From positions 11,718,001-11,782,000 of the forward strand of contig NC_043025.1 in the NCBI RefSeq assembly GCF_006345805.1: 64,000 nucleotides of DNA, given 5' to 3'. Within the stretch, counting starts at the first letter, position 1. Every line of letters begins with the position of its first letter. Shown here piece by piece: positions 11,282-22,576 of this stretch. The position numbers were made by a program, and so were the translations under genes. The notes beneath the pieces are model-generated. The model was not told the origin of the DNA. It saw only the letters and a list, made by a program, of their open reading frames with translations, and ran no database searches. This DNA comes from Octopus sinensis. Lineage: Eukaryota.

Positions 11282-11409
11282 TCTACATCCTCACCTGACT
11301 GAATATATAATCGCACACACACATTTATATATCTATATACATCAACACCATATACACACCATACGTATACTTATATACTTACACCATCTGGATATTGAAT
11401 AGAGGAACT

Positions 11410-11517
11410 ATGCCAGCTGGTGTGTCTTGGTTTTCCTACCTGAAGCATGCCACCGTTGCAATGCTCTTCATGATGGCAGGTGCACAAACTGTTCACCTGG
11501 TTTACCGACCTTTAGAT
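11410..11517 (+). CDS. UQCC6: BRAWNIN/C12orf73/UQCC6 (sloth2-like) microprotein, coding exon 1
   Basis: ATG in gaactATG context (A at -3). Encodes MPAGVSWFSYLKHATVAMLFMMAGAQTVHLVYRPLD, matching the recalled family signature MPAGVxWxxYLK...xMxAGxQxVHxxYxP. Phase-0 donor GAT|gtgagt at 11518. Below the ORF-track length cutoff. Confidence 0.92.
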
Positions 11518-11654
11518 GTGAGTATGGAGATGCTTCTTGGTCCTTATGCTTTACTTTAGGGTTTGTTCAGGGTGCATAAATGCTGGTCCTTATACCTTTG
11601 CCATTGACTTAATCCGCTTCCCCCAAATTCAGGGCCTTGTATTTCCAGTAGAAA

Positions 11655-12235
11655 GGATTAGTGTCGGGCGAAATGCCGAGGGGTATTTCGTCTGCTGTTA
11701 CGTTCTGGGTTCAAATTCCGCTGAGGTCGACTTTGCCTTTCATCCTTTCGGGGTCGATAAATTAAGTACCAGTTACGCACTGGAGTCGATATAATCGACT
11801 TAATCCGTTTGTTTGTCCTTGTTTGTCCTCTCTGTGTTTGGCCCCTTGTGGGTAGTAAAGAAATAGGTATTTCGTCTGCCGTTAGGTTCTGAGTTCAAAT
11901 TCCGCCGAGGTCGACTTTGCCTTTCATCTTTTCGGGGTCGATAAATTAAGTACCAGTTACGTACTGGGGTCGATATAATCGACTTAATCCCTTTGTCTGT
12001 CCTTGTTTGTCCCTTCTGTGTTTAGCCCCTTGTGGGTAGTAAAGAAATAGGTATTTTGTCTGCTGCTACGTTCTGAGTTCAATTTCCACCGAGGTTGACT
12101 TTGCCTTTCATCCTTTCGGGGTTGATAAATTAAGTACCAGTTACGCACTGGGGTCGATATAATCGACTTAATCCGTTTGTCTGTCCTTGTTTGTTCCCTC
12201 TGTGTTTAGCCCCTTGTGGGTAGTAAAGAAATAAT
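11655..12235 (+). repeat. SINE family A, head plus 3 tandem units, in the BRAWNIN intron
   Basis: Head ...gggcgaaatgccgagggtatttcgtc followed by three repeats of the ~185-bp body. Confidence 0.88.
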
Positions 12236-12614
12236 TAAGTATTAAGGCAGCGAGCTGGAAATATGCTGTGCATGAGAAGACCTGGCAGGACAAGTGAGTC
12301 CATAACCCCTGGACTTTGCCAGGGATGTGGCCAGCCCACTTATGCGTACCTTTCCTTCTTTGGACACTAAACTCTGCTTGCGAAGACCTGTTGAGGCAAG
12401 TGAAATCGAACCACATCCGACGACTGGCACTCATGCCAACCTCCCTTCATTGGACACTAAACTCTGCTTGCAAAGACCTGTTGGGGCAAGTGAAATCGAA
12501 ATCGAAATTGAACCAAATCCTATGACTTTTATCCTTCCGGGGTCAATGAATTAAGTACCAGTTGCGTACTATCATTGTTCCCACTCACCGAAATCTCAGA
12601 CCTTGTGCCTTTAG

Positions 12615-12965
12615 TAGAAAAGATTGTGGCTGTTGCCAGCCTTGCCTGGCCCCCGTGCCGGTGGCACGTAAAAAGCACCATCCAATCGTGGCTGTTGCCA
12701 GCCTCACACGGCCTCCGTGCTGGTGGCACGTAAAAAGCACCATCCGATCGTGGCCATTGCCAGCTTCACCTGGCCCCCGTGCCAGTGGCACGTAAAAAGC
12801 ACCCACTACACTCATGGAGTGGTTCGCGTTAGGAAGGGCATCCAGCCGTAGAAACATTGCCTGATCAGACTGGGTCTGGTGCAGCCTTCTGGCTTCCCAG
12901 ACCCCAGTTGAAATGTCCAACCCATGCTAGCATGGAAAGCGGACACTAAATGATGATGATGATGA
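12615..12965 (+). mobile_element. SINE family C with an RTE-like (GAT)n tail and internal ~50-bp repeats
   Basis: gtggcacgtaaaaagcacc repeats, then ...ccaacccatgctagcatggaaagcggac...gatgatgat. Confidence 0.85.
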
Positions 12966-12990
12966 TTATTACTATTATTATTATTATTAT

Positions 12991-13175
12991 TCAGTAGTTT
13001 TATTTTTATAGCGTGCTTTCACTTCACTACCGAGCGCAGCTCTGTGTGCCTTGGGTATGTGCTGTGGTTTGCTGTGATGCTCTGATGGTTATTGTATGGA
13101 AAGTGTTCTGCGTAGGATGTGTGCAGTGCCCAGTAGTGCAATTTTCTGTATGTTATATGTGTTTGTAAGTCCTGG

Positions 13176-13178
<3 letters not shown>
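12991..13178 (-). mobile_element. 5'-truncated R4/Dong-like non-LTR retrotransposon 3' end
   Basis: The minus strand encodes ...NIQKIALLGTAHILRRTLSIQ*, a C-terminus typical of restriction-like-endonuclease LINEs. It is followed by a 3' UTR with AATAAA and a (TAA)n tail, and has TAA repeats on both sides. Confidence 0.7.
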
Positions 13179-13226
<48 letters not shown>

Positions 13227-13307
13227 TATTATTATCATTATTATTATTATTATCATTATTATCAATATTATTATCATTATTATTATCATTATTATCATTA
13301 CTATTAC

Positions 13308-13349
<42 letters not shown>

Positions 13350-13363
13350 CATTATTATTATTA

Positions 13364-13403
<40 letters not shown>

Positions 13404-13582
13404 ATTATTATTATTATTATTATTATTATTATCATTATTATTATTATTTTTATTATTATTATTATCATTATTATTATTTTTATTATTATTATTATCATTA
13501 TTATTATTATTATTATTATCATTATTATTATTATCATTATTATCAATATTATTATCATTATTATTATCATTATTATCATTAC

Positions 13583-13627
<45 letters not shown>

Positions 13628-13725
13628 CATTATTATTATTTTTATTATTATTATTATCATTATTATTATTATTATTATTATCATTATATTATTATCATTA
13701 TTATCATTATTATTACTATTGTTAT
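13179..13725. repeat. (ATT)n/(ATC) microsatellite, ~550 bp
   Basis: Directly visible. Ends ~50 nt before the BRAWNIN exon 2 acceptor. Confidence 0.97.
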
Positions 13726-13773
13726 TGATAGTTTCCGTTTAATTTTTTTTAAAAACTTTTTTTTGTTTTTCAG

Positions 13774-13836
13774 GACTTAGAGGACTTAGTGAAAGCAGAA
13801 AAAGAAAAGTTACAGCTTAAACAGCCTAGCAGCAGT

Positions 13837-13867
<31 letters not shown>

Positions 13868-13914
13868 CCAGCGACAGTCCTACCGTGACAGATTCACAAG
13901 GGCCTCCCTCATAA
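13774..13914 (+). CDS. UQCC6: BRAWNIN/UQCC6 coding exon 2 (DLEDLVKAEKEKLQLKQPSSSNNINNNNNNNTSDSPTVTDSQGPPS*)
   Basis: Strong acceptor tttttgtttttcag|GAC, phase 0, open to TAA at 13912-13914. The join reads YRPLD-DLEDLV, similar to the recalled insect sloth2 YKPLEDL. Total 82 aa. Confidence 0.82.
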
Positions 13915-14619
13915 TCTCTGTATTTTAGTGTTCCCGTATGCAAGTGCAAAGGGGTTACATTGGAAAGGCACACTACTGCTGAACAAACCAAAGAAATAAC
14001 CTGTATGTGGTTGCATGCCCTAGAAATAGCAGCCACGTCCCTCCTTCTCAAACTACACCTTCCTGTCTTGAACAAAAAAAATTTTTTTAATTAAAAGAAA
14101 AGAAAAAAAATAGAATCAGATTTGAGATTGAAGTAGATTTTTTTAATCTGATTTCTAATTTTGTCAAGAATTTTGCTAAAATAGGGAATTTAAATTGAAA
14201 TTATTTTTATTGTGGTTTTATGCGGCCCCCATGTGGTTTTGCGTCTCTCCAACATTGACCACTTCACTGAAAGTTTAACACAGCTGAAATAAATAAATTC
14301 GAGTTATCTGTGTGTATGTGATAATGGCCCCAGATTATCTATGGTTGAGCTGACCTTTTGAGATTAACCAATACATGCTTTGCGAATAGCAGTAATTCTT
14401 GAGACCTGTCATAACACCAATGGTGTTTCCGAGGCAAACTGTTTTATTAACTTCAAAAAAATGAAGTGAATAACAACCAGTGTGTGTATTTGTATTGGCA
14501 GAATGACCGATCCTCTTAAGCCTTCAGCATTCATGTTATTCTATCAAATGTAATGTTTATTTATTCACATTTTGTAAAATTAATGATATACATTAAATTG
14601 TAGCTTCAAGATTTTGAAG

Positions 14620-14960
14620 ATGTTGATTATTTATTTTTAGAATGACATTGTAGGGTAGGTGTGAGAGGCTGGATCTGGCCTTGTTTTGAATTAATCCTGC
14701 ATTATCTCACAGCTTTGAGACTTCAATGATGTGATTATTTATTTTTAGAATGACATTGTAGGGTAGGTGTGAGAAGCTGGATCTGGCCTTGTTCTGAATT
14801 AATCCTGCATTATCTCACAGCTTTGAGATTTCAATGATGTGATTTTGATTTTTCGATTTTTCCAGTTTCAGCTAATGAGCTGTGGCCATTGTTTATTTTT
14901 AGAATGACATTGCAGGGTAGGTGTGAGAGGCTGGATCTGGCCATTTTCAGCATAAAACAG
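14620..14960. repeat. Three copies of a short dispersed repeat (ttagaatgacattgtagggtaggtgtgagaggctggatctggcc)
   Basis: Copies at ~14635, ~14745 and ~14895. An inverted copy lies at ~34190-34235. Confidence 0.8.
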
Positions 14961-15224
14961 GTGGAATATTTGGACAAGCTTAAATGCTAAAGGGTTAAAA
15001 GTGCAACTGTCTCTCTTCTGATTTGTGATTTTCACAGGAAAGGATCTTGTGAGATAAAATCACAAACAAAATATTTATGTATACCTTTGTTGTTAATTTC
15101 ATCCATTCTCTCCGTGTAAATACTCCTAATGTTTTGAATCCTTATGGATAATAAATTAGTATTTTTAATATTGTTCATTAGTCTTCTCGTTTTTTGAACC
15201 TAAAATGAATTTTTAAACTCAATT

Positions 15225-16195
15225 GTGGTACCCGTGATGGTGGCACGTAAAAAACACCATCCGAACGTGGCCGATGCCAGCACTGCCTTGACTGGCTTCT
15301 GTGCCGGTGGCATGTAAAAAGCACCATCCGAATGTGGCTGATGCCAGCGCCGCCTTGACTGGCTCCTGTGCCGGTGACACTCGACCTGCTGTGCTTGAGG
15401 AGACCTATTGAGTCAAGTACATCAACATAGAAATAAATATCAAATGGAAATTGTAGTTGTGACACCTGTGCAGGTGGTACGTAAAAAGCACCGTCTGAAC
15501 GTGGCTGATGCCAGCACCACCTTGACTTGCTTCCGTGCCGGTAGCATGTAAAAAGCACCAACCGATGGTGGCTGATGCCAGCCTCCCCTGGTACCTGTGC
15601 TGGTGGCATGTAAAAAGCACCCACTACACTCATGGAGTGGTTGGCGTTAGGAAGGACATCCAGCTGTAGAAACTCTGCCAGATCAGTTTGGAGCCTGGTG
15701 CAACCATCTGGTTCACCAGTCCTCAATCAAATCGTCCAACCCATGCTAGCATGGAAAGCGGACTTTAAAGGATGATGATGATGATGATATATATACTCAC
15801 ATGCCGTGCTTGAGGAGACCTATTGAGTCAAGCACATCAACATCAAAAAGTCAAATGGAAATTGTAGTTGTGATACCTGTGCCGGTGGCACGTAAAAAGC
15901 ACCATCCGAACATGGCCAATGCCAGCCCCGCCTTGACTGACTTCCGTGCCAGTGGCACATAAAAAGCACCAACCGATCGTGGCCATTGCCAGCTTCCTCT
16001 GGCACCTGTGCCGGTCGCAAGTAAAAATCACCCACTACACTCTTGGAGTGGTTGGCATTAGGAAGGGCATCCAGCTATAGAAACACTGCCAGATCAGACT
16101 GGAGCCTAGTGCAGCCTCCTGGCTTCCCAGACCCCAGTCGAACCGTCCAACCCATGCTAGCATGGAAAACAGACGTTGAACGATGATGATGATAA
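15225..16195 (+). mobile_element. Two adjacent SINE family C copies
   Basis: Both end in ccaacccatgctagcatggaaa...gatgatgat, at ~15785 and ~16195. Confidence 0.85.
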
Positions 16196-16839
16196 ATGAA
16201 TTTGTGGAAAAGCTAATTCATATACTTGTGCATGTGTGAGTGTATTTTAATACATTCTGTTTAACTCTGTTTGCCACATATATATATATACATATATGTA
16301 TGTCCAGTACTGTTTCTACTTCGCGGAATTTCACCTATCGCGGGTAGGGGACGTTTTGGCACGGAACACCCGCGATAGACAAGGGATTACATGTCCCAAC
16401 ATAACCGCAGACCTAAGACTGAAAAGAAGGGAGACAATTCTAGGAAGTCATCAGTTACTTCCCTTCCTCCATTGTGCAGAACCCTCTGACACTTGTTTAA
16501 CCCAGTGAATCTCAACCAATTTTTTTCACATATGGAACCCTTTGATTCTTATTTTACACAGGTGGACCTTCATATGTATTCGATGTTTAAAAAAAAATCC
16601 TATTATATCATTAGTAGATTTTTAACATAATTTCTATGTAACTAAAAAATTTTAATCTTTGTATACTGGTAGAATGTGTTTATAAAACATCTTTTTCTCT
16701 TTGCTTTATTGAGAAAATTCTATAGTTTGTAATATATTTGTTGTGGCTTTTTCTTCAATTACTGCAATTTCAACCAATCAATGACGTTTCTATCTTTCTT
16801 TTGTTATCTTACCATTTTTATTAATATATATATGTATGT

Positions 16840-17210
16840 ATATATTTTGGCTGCTGTGTCGCCATTTTTCGGTGTATTTCAACCAGAGACCCTGTGGCGC
16901 AAATTGACCAAAATTAAGAGTATGATAGAAGAAGGCTTGCTCTTCCTTCCGTAGAAGAAAAAATTCAAATCGGACCATGTTAACACCAAAAATTATTTGC
17001 ATCAAAAAGGTGCTTTTTTTCTATGAAAATCCCTATTTTTTAACGATTTTTTCACTGCTGTGTCACCATTTTTCGGTGTATTTCAACCAGAAAAATGTTC
17101 ACTTAAAGAGAATAACAAGCTACATAATGCAAAATATTTACTTTTCAAAAATTCCAATTCTAAAGGGTCGAAATAAACCCGACCAACGCCGGGCGATACT
17201 GCTAGTATAT

Positions 17211-17267
<57 letters not shown>

Positions 17268-17452
17268 CTGAAGTTGTCTGTGTATGGCAGGTTTGGTAGC
17301 CCTCAACTAACACTATCTCCTTCGAGACCCTGCGGCACAAATTGACCAAAATTGAAACTATGATAGAAGAAGGCTTGCTCTTCCTTACTGTTCAAAAATT
17401 CCAATTGTAAAGGGTCAAAACAAACCCCAGCAACGCCTGGCGATGCTGCTAG
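16840..17452 (+). mobile_element. Two Helitron-like non-autonomous copies separated by (TA)n
   Basis: Both end caacgcc(g/t)gg-cgat(a/g)ctgctagt and share internal sequence (gcacaaattgaccaaaatt...gatagaagaaggcttgctcttcctt). Confidence 0.7.
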
Positions 17453-17699
17453 TAAACTCATAAGTTTATGTACTTGAGAGAAAAAAACATTGGCTAAAAT
17501 ACAAACATTTTCATTTTTCTTTATTTTCACACTGCAAACATTAATCAGATTTATTCCCCATCTCTCCGCCGTTAATTAGTGTTCAAAGTGAGCCAGTTTG
17601 TTCTAGAATGTTCCATTTCAAAATATTCCAGAAGGGGTCAAAAAGGAGCTGGAATGTGTCCTCAAAGCTTTTGTGATACACAAAGAATATTTGTAATAG

Positions 17700-18210
17700 C
17701 CCCGGGCCGACCAATGCCTTGTGAGTGGATTTGGTAGACGGAAACTGAAAGAAGCCTGTCGTGTATATTTATGTATGTGTGAGTGTTTGTGTGTCTGTGT
17801 TTGTACCCCTAGCTTTATTTGACAACTGATGCTGGTGTGTTTACGTCCCCCGTCACTTAGCGGTTGGCACCTTGGGCATGTGTCTTCTACTATAGCCTCG
17901 GGCCGACCAAAGCCTTGTGAGTGGATTTGGTAGACGGAAACTGAAAGAAGCCCGTCGTATATATGTATATATATATATATATATATATGCATGTGTGTGT
18001 TTGTGTGTCTGTGTTTGTCCCCCTAGCATTGCTTGACAACCGATGCTGGTGTGTTTACGTCCCCGTCACATAGCGGTTCGGCAAAAGAGACCGATAGAAT
18101 AAGTACTGGACTTACAAATAATAAGTCCCGGGGTCGATTTACTCGACTAAAGGTGGTACTCCAGCATGGCCGCAGTCAAATGACTGAAACAAGTAAAAGA
18201 GTAAAAGAGA
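17700..18210 (+). mobile_element. SINE family B copies, partly duplicated
   Basis: Family-B blocks in forward orientation. Confidence 0.85.
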
Positions 18211-18642
18211 GAACATTTCAGAACGTCCGAAATGTTCTGCAAAACAGTTTTTCTAGGGTTTCTTCGAAACTTCTTCAGAAGGTCCTGGCACTTTCCACTG
18301 AATTTTTGTCATTCTCACAACCATATTTGCTTTAAAAGAAAGTTTGAAGGAAGGACAGCCAGTGTGGGGTTCCAGCAGATGGTAAAGGGTCCATGCTGGT
18401 CCCCCCAAAACTCGCACAAGATATCCAGGTAGGTATCCAACCATCCCCATAGCGGGGGAATCTATATGAGATCATCACATCCTGGTGCCGTCCTCAAACC
18501 ACACCTTAACATCACAGTCTCTTCGATATATCTCACAGAAATTTATTTCATCGTTTTCATCACATTTTCACAATTATTTCACCATTTTATCCTCATCTTT
18601 TCATCTGTTTTTAATCTCTTTTCTGATATTTTCATAATTTTT
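18200..18642 (-). other. Candidate terminal exon / 3' UTR of the Dok-like gene
   Basis: Strong acceptor (tttgttttctttctgcag|) followed by ~430 nt of unique non-repeat sequence. Phase 1 reads EKL*, phase 0 reads KNYENIRKEIKNR*. Confidence 0.45.
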
Positions 18643-18692
18643 CTGCAGAAAGAAAACAAAAGCAAACATAAATGAATATATAACCCTTTCTT

Positions 18693-19960
18693 ATTTCTTT
18701 ATTGCCCACAAAGGGGCTAAACAAAAAGGGGACAAACAAGGACAGACAGGGATTAAGTTAATTATATCGACCCCAAAAGGATGAAAGGCAAAGTCGACCT
18801 TGGTGGAATTTGAACTCAGAACGTAGTGGCAGACGAAATACCTATTTCTTTACTACCCACAAGGGTCTAAACACAGAGAGGACAAACAAGGACAGACAAA
18901 CGGATTAAGTCGATTATATCATCAACCCCAGTGCGTAACTGGTACTTATTTAATCGACTCCGAAAGGATGAAAGGCAAAGTCGACCTTGGCGGAATGTGA
19001 ACTCAGAACATAAAAACAGACGAAATACCTATTTCTTTACTACCCACAAGGGGCTAAACACAGAGGGGACAAACAAGGACAGACAAACGGATTAAGTCGA
19101 TTATATCGACCCCAGTGCGTAACTGGTACTTATTTAATCGACCCCGAAAGGATGAAAGGCAAAGTCGACCTCAGCGGAATTTGAACTCAGAACGTAACGG
19201 AGACGAAATACCTATTTCTTATTACCCACAAGGGGCTAAACACAGAGGGGACAAACAAGGACAGACAAACGGATTAAGTCGATTACATCGACCCTTGTGC
19301 GTAACTGGTACTTATTTAATCTACTCCAAAAGGATGAAAGGCAAACTCGACCTCAGCGGAATTTGAACTCAGAACGTAGCGGCAGACGAAATACCTATTT
19401 CTTTATTACCCACAAGGGGCTAAACAAGGACAGACAAACGGATTAAGTCGATTACATCGACCCCAGTGCGTAACTGGTACTTATTTAATCTACTCCGAAA
19501 GGATGAAAGGCAAAGTCGACCTCAGCGGAATTTGAACTCAGAACGTAATGGCAGACGAAATACCTATTTCTTTACTACCCACAAGGGGCTAAACACAGAG
19601 AGGACAAACAAGGACAGAAAAACGGATTAAGTTGATTATATCGACCCCAGTGCGTAACTGGTACTTAATTCATCGACTCCGAAAGGATGAAAGGTTAAAG
19701 TCGACCTTGGCGGAATGTGAACTCAGAACATAAAAACAGAGGAAATGCCTATTTCTTTACTACCCACAAGGGGCTAAACACAGAGAGGACAAACAAGGAC
19801 AGACAAACGGATTAAGTTGATTATATCGACCCCAGTGCGTAACTGGTACTTAATTTATCGACCCCAAAAGGATAAAAGGCAAAGTAGACCTTGGCGGAAT
19901 TTGAACTCAGAACGTAGTGGCAGATGAAATACCGCAAAGCATTTTTGCTTAGCGTGCTAA
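18693..19960 (-). repeat. SINE family A tandem array (~7 units)
   Basis: Same ~185-bp unit. A degenerate head lies at ~19925-19965. Confidence 0.9.
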
Positions 19961-20289
19961 TGTTTCTTATTTCTTTATTGCCCACAAGGGGCTACACCCA
20001 GAGGGGACAAACAAGGAGAGACAAATGGATTAAGTCGATTATATTGACCTCAGTGCATAACTGGTACTTATTTAATCTGTGTCGGTGGCATGTAAAAAGC
20101 ACCCACTACACTCTCAGAGTGGTTGGCATTAGGAAGGGCATTCAGCTGTAAAAACCTTGCCAGATCAGATTTGAGCCTGGTGCAGCCTCCTGGCTTGCCA
20201 GTCCTAAGTCAAACTGTCCAACCCAAGCCAGCATGGAAAGCAGATATTAAATGATGATAGATAGATAGACAAACAGCCAGTTATAAAGA

Positions 20290-21022
20290 CATACAGAACA
20301 GACATTTATGACCTGGGTGTTATTGTCGACAGTGATTTGCGTTGGACAAAACACATCGCCAAAATTGTCAAGAAGGCTGAGGGTGTCTTGGCATCACTCA
20401 CCAAATCCTTTGTGAGCCGCTCTGCGGCTTTATATAGCTATGGTAAGACCTCACCTGGAATTTGCATCACCGGTCTGGAACCCCTATCTTGCCCAGGATA
20501 TCAATCGTCTGGAAGCTGTTCAGCGACGTGCAACCAAAAGAATACCCTCCATCAGGCATTTGCCATATCCTGAACACCTTACTTCTTCCCTGGGCATGGA
20601 CACATTGAAACTCTGACATCTGGCAGCTGACCTGGCAGACACCCACAAAATTATCAACCATCGCACAAACAATAACTCTGAGCACCTTTTCAAACTCCAC
20701 CCATCTAACACCCGTGGACATATTTACAAAGTAAGAAAACAGCACAGCTCCTTCCATGACTTCAGGAAACATTTTTTCACGCTGAGAGTTGCTGAAGCGT
20801 GGAACAAACTGCCGGCATCGGTTGTTAGTTGTCGGAGCACTGCATCCTTCAAGACTTCCATGCTTCCTGAGATTCGCCAACACTACACTTGATTTTCTCC
20901 TCCCCTCCATACACACACAAGCATGTTCACTTTCCAGACATTTCTACATTACTGCATGTACTTTATATACACTTTCTGACAAGTTGTGGTGCACCTGAGC
21001 ACTGTATACAATAATTTCATTA
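20290..21022 (+). mobile_element. CR1/L2-group LINE 3' fragment, frameshifted
   Basis: Translates in pieces to DLGVIVDSDLRWTKHI...RPHLE...KHFFTLRVAEAWNKLP, then a 3' UTR ending cacctgagcactgtatacaataatttcattatta. Confidence 0.88.
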
Positions 21023-21027
21023 TTATA

Positions 21028-22576
21028 CCATAAATCCTCAAGTATAATCCGCATTTTTTCCCCAAAATTTAAAGGTCAAAATCCCTAGTGTGTACTATAT
21101 ACGAGGTTTAAAATGAAAATATTTTCTAAGCAGTGTCCGAGTCTCTATTTGCTGTCCGGCAATGTTTATTCAGACGCATTTTGTGATGTCGGCCGCGAAA
21201 ATCCCTTAAGCTAAGCCTGAAAGCAATGAAGTCAAAGAAGAATCATCCATAACTTGCAGTAAGCAACATTTATTAAACGTTATTACTGTTATTTCTTGAT
21301 TTTCTGCAAACAAAATGCACAAAAAAGCTACACGTTTGCATTATGTTATATATACAATAATAATAATAAAGGACGTTACTGTATACATTTTTACAAACCA
21401 AGGACGTTATATAGACCTCCTTGACTCAAGTTAGAGAAGGGGTGCATATTATACACAAGGTTTAGATTCTTCAGAGGTAGAGCTCCCTAAAAACCCCCTG
21501 CGTATACACGTTTGCATTATGTTATATATACAATAATAATAAAGGACGTTACCGTATACAGTTTTACAAACCAAGGACGTTATATAGACCTCCTTGACTC
21601 AAGTTAGAGAAGGGGTGCGTATTATACACAAGGTTTAGGTTTTCCAGAGGTACAGCCCCCTAAAAATCCCGTGTATACACGTTGCATTATGTTATATATA
21701 CAATAATAATAAAGGACGTTACCGTATACAGTTTTACAAACCAAGGACGTTATATAGACCTCCTTGACTCAAATTAGAGAAGGGGTGCGTATTATACACA
21801 AGGTCTAGGTTTTCCAGAGGTACAGCCCCCTAAAAATCCCCTGCGTATACACGTTTGCATTATGTTATATATACAATAATAATAAAGGATGTTACCGTAT
21901 ACGTTTTTACAAACCAAGGACGTTATATAGACCTCCTTGACTCAAGTTAGAGAAGGGGTGCGTATTATACACAAGGTTTAGATTTTTCAGAGGTAGAGCT
22001 CCCTAAAAATCCCCTGCGTATACACGTTTGCATTATGTTATATATACAATAATAATAAAGGACGTTACCGTATACATTTTTACAAACCAAGGACCTTATA
22101 TAGACCTCCTTGACTCAAGTTAGAGAAGGGGTGCGTATTATACACAAGGTTTAGGATTTTCAGAGGTACAGCCTCCTAAAAATCCCCTGCGTATACACGT
22201 TTGCATTATGTTATATATACAATAATAATAAAGGACGTTACCATATACATTTTTACAAACCAAGGACGTTATATAGACCTCCTTGACTCAAGTTAGAGAA
22301 GGGGTGCGTATTATACACAAGGTCTAGGTTTTCCAGAGGTACAGCCCCCTAAAAATCCCCTGCGTATACACGTTTGCATTATGTTATATATACAATAATA
22401 ATAAAGGACGTTACCGTATACATTTTTACAAACCAAGGACGTTATATAGACCTCCTTGACTCAAGTTAGAGAAGGGGTGCGTATTATACACAAGGTTTAG
22501 GTTTTTCAGAGGTACAGCCCCCCAAAAATCCCCTGCGTACTATACTCAAGGGCGGATTATACTCCAGGATTTACGG
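21028..22576. mobile_element. Non-autonomous Tc1/pogo(Tigger)-like DNA transposon with an internal 173-bp x7 array
   Basis: 25-bp TIRs (ccataaatcctcaagtataatccgc and the reverse complement ccgtaaatcctggagtataatccgc, 22/25 identical), flanked by TA on both sides. Confidence 0.85.

Noticed and set aside
13089-13780. Poly-I/L/Y ORFs, and the similar V/C/Y/H/T ORFs at 27058-27433, 31176-31727, 39646-40195, 53443-54057, 55941-56603, 59356-59948 and 62067-63853
   Set aside because: Translations of microsatellites.
18253-18450. 65-aa minus-strand ORF as a coding exon
   Set aside because: No recognisable homology and preceded by in-frame stops. More likely 3' UTR.
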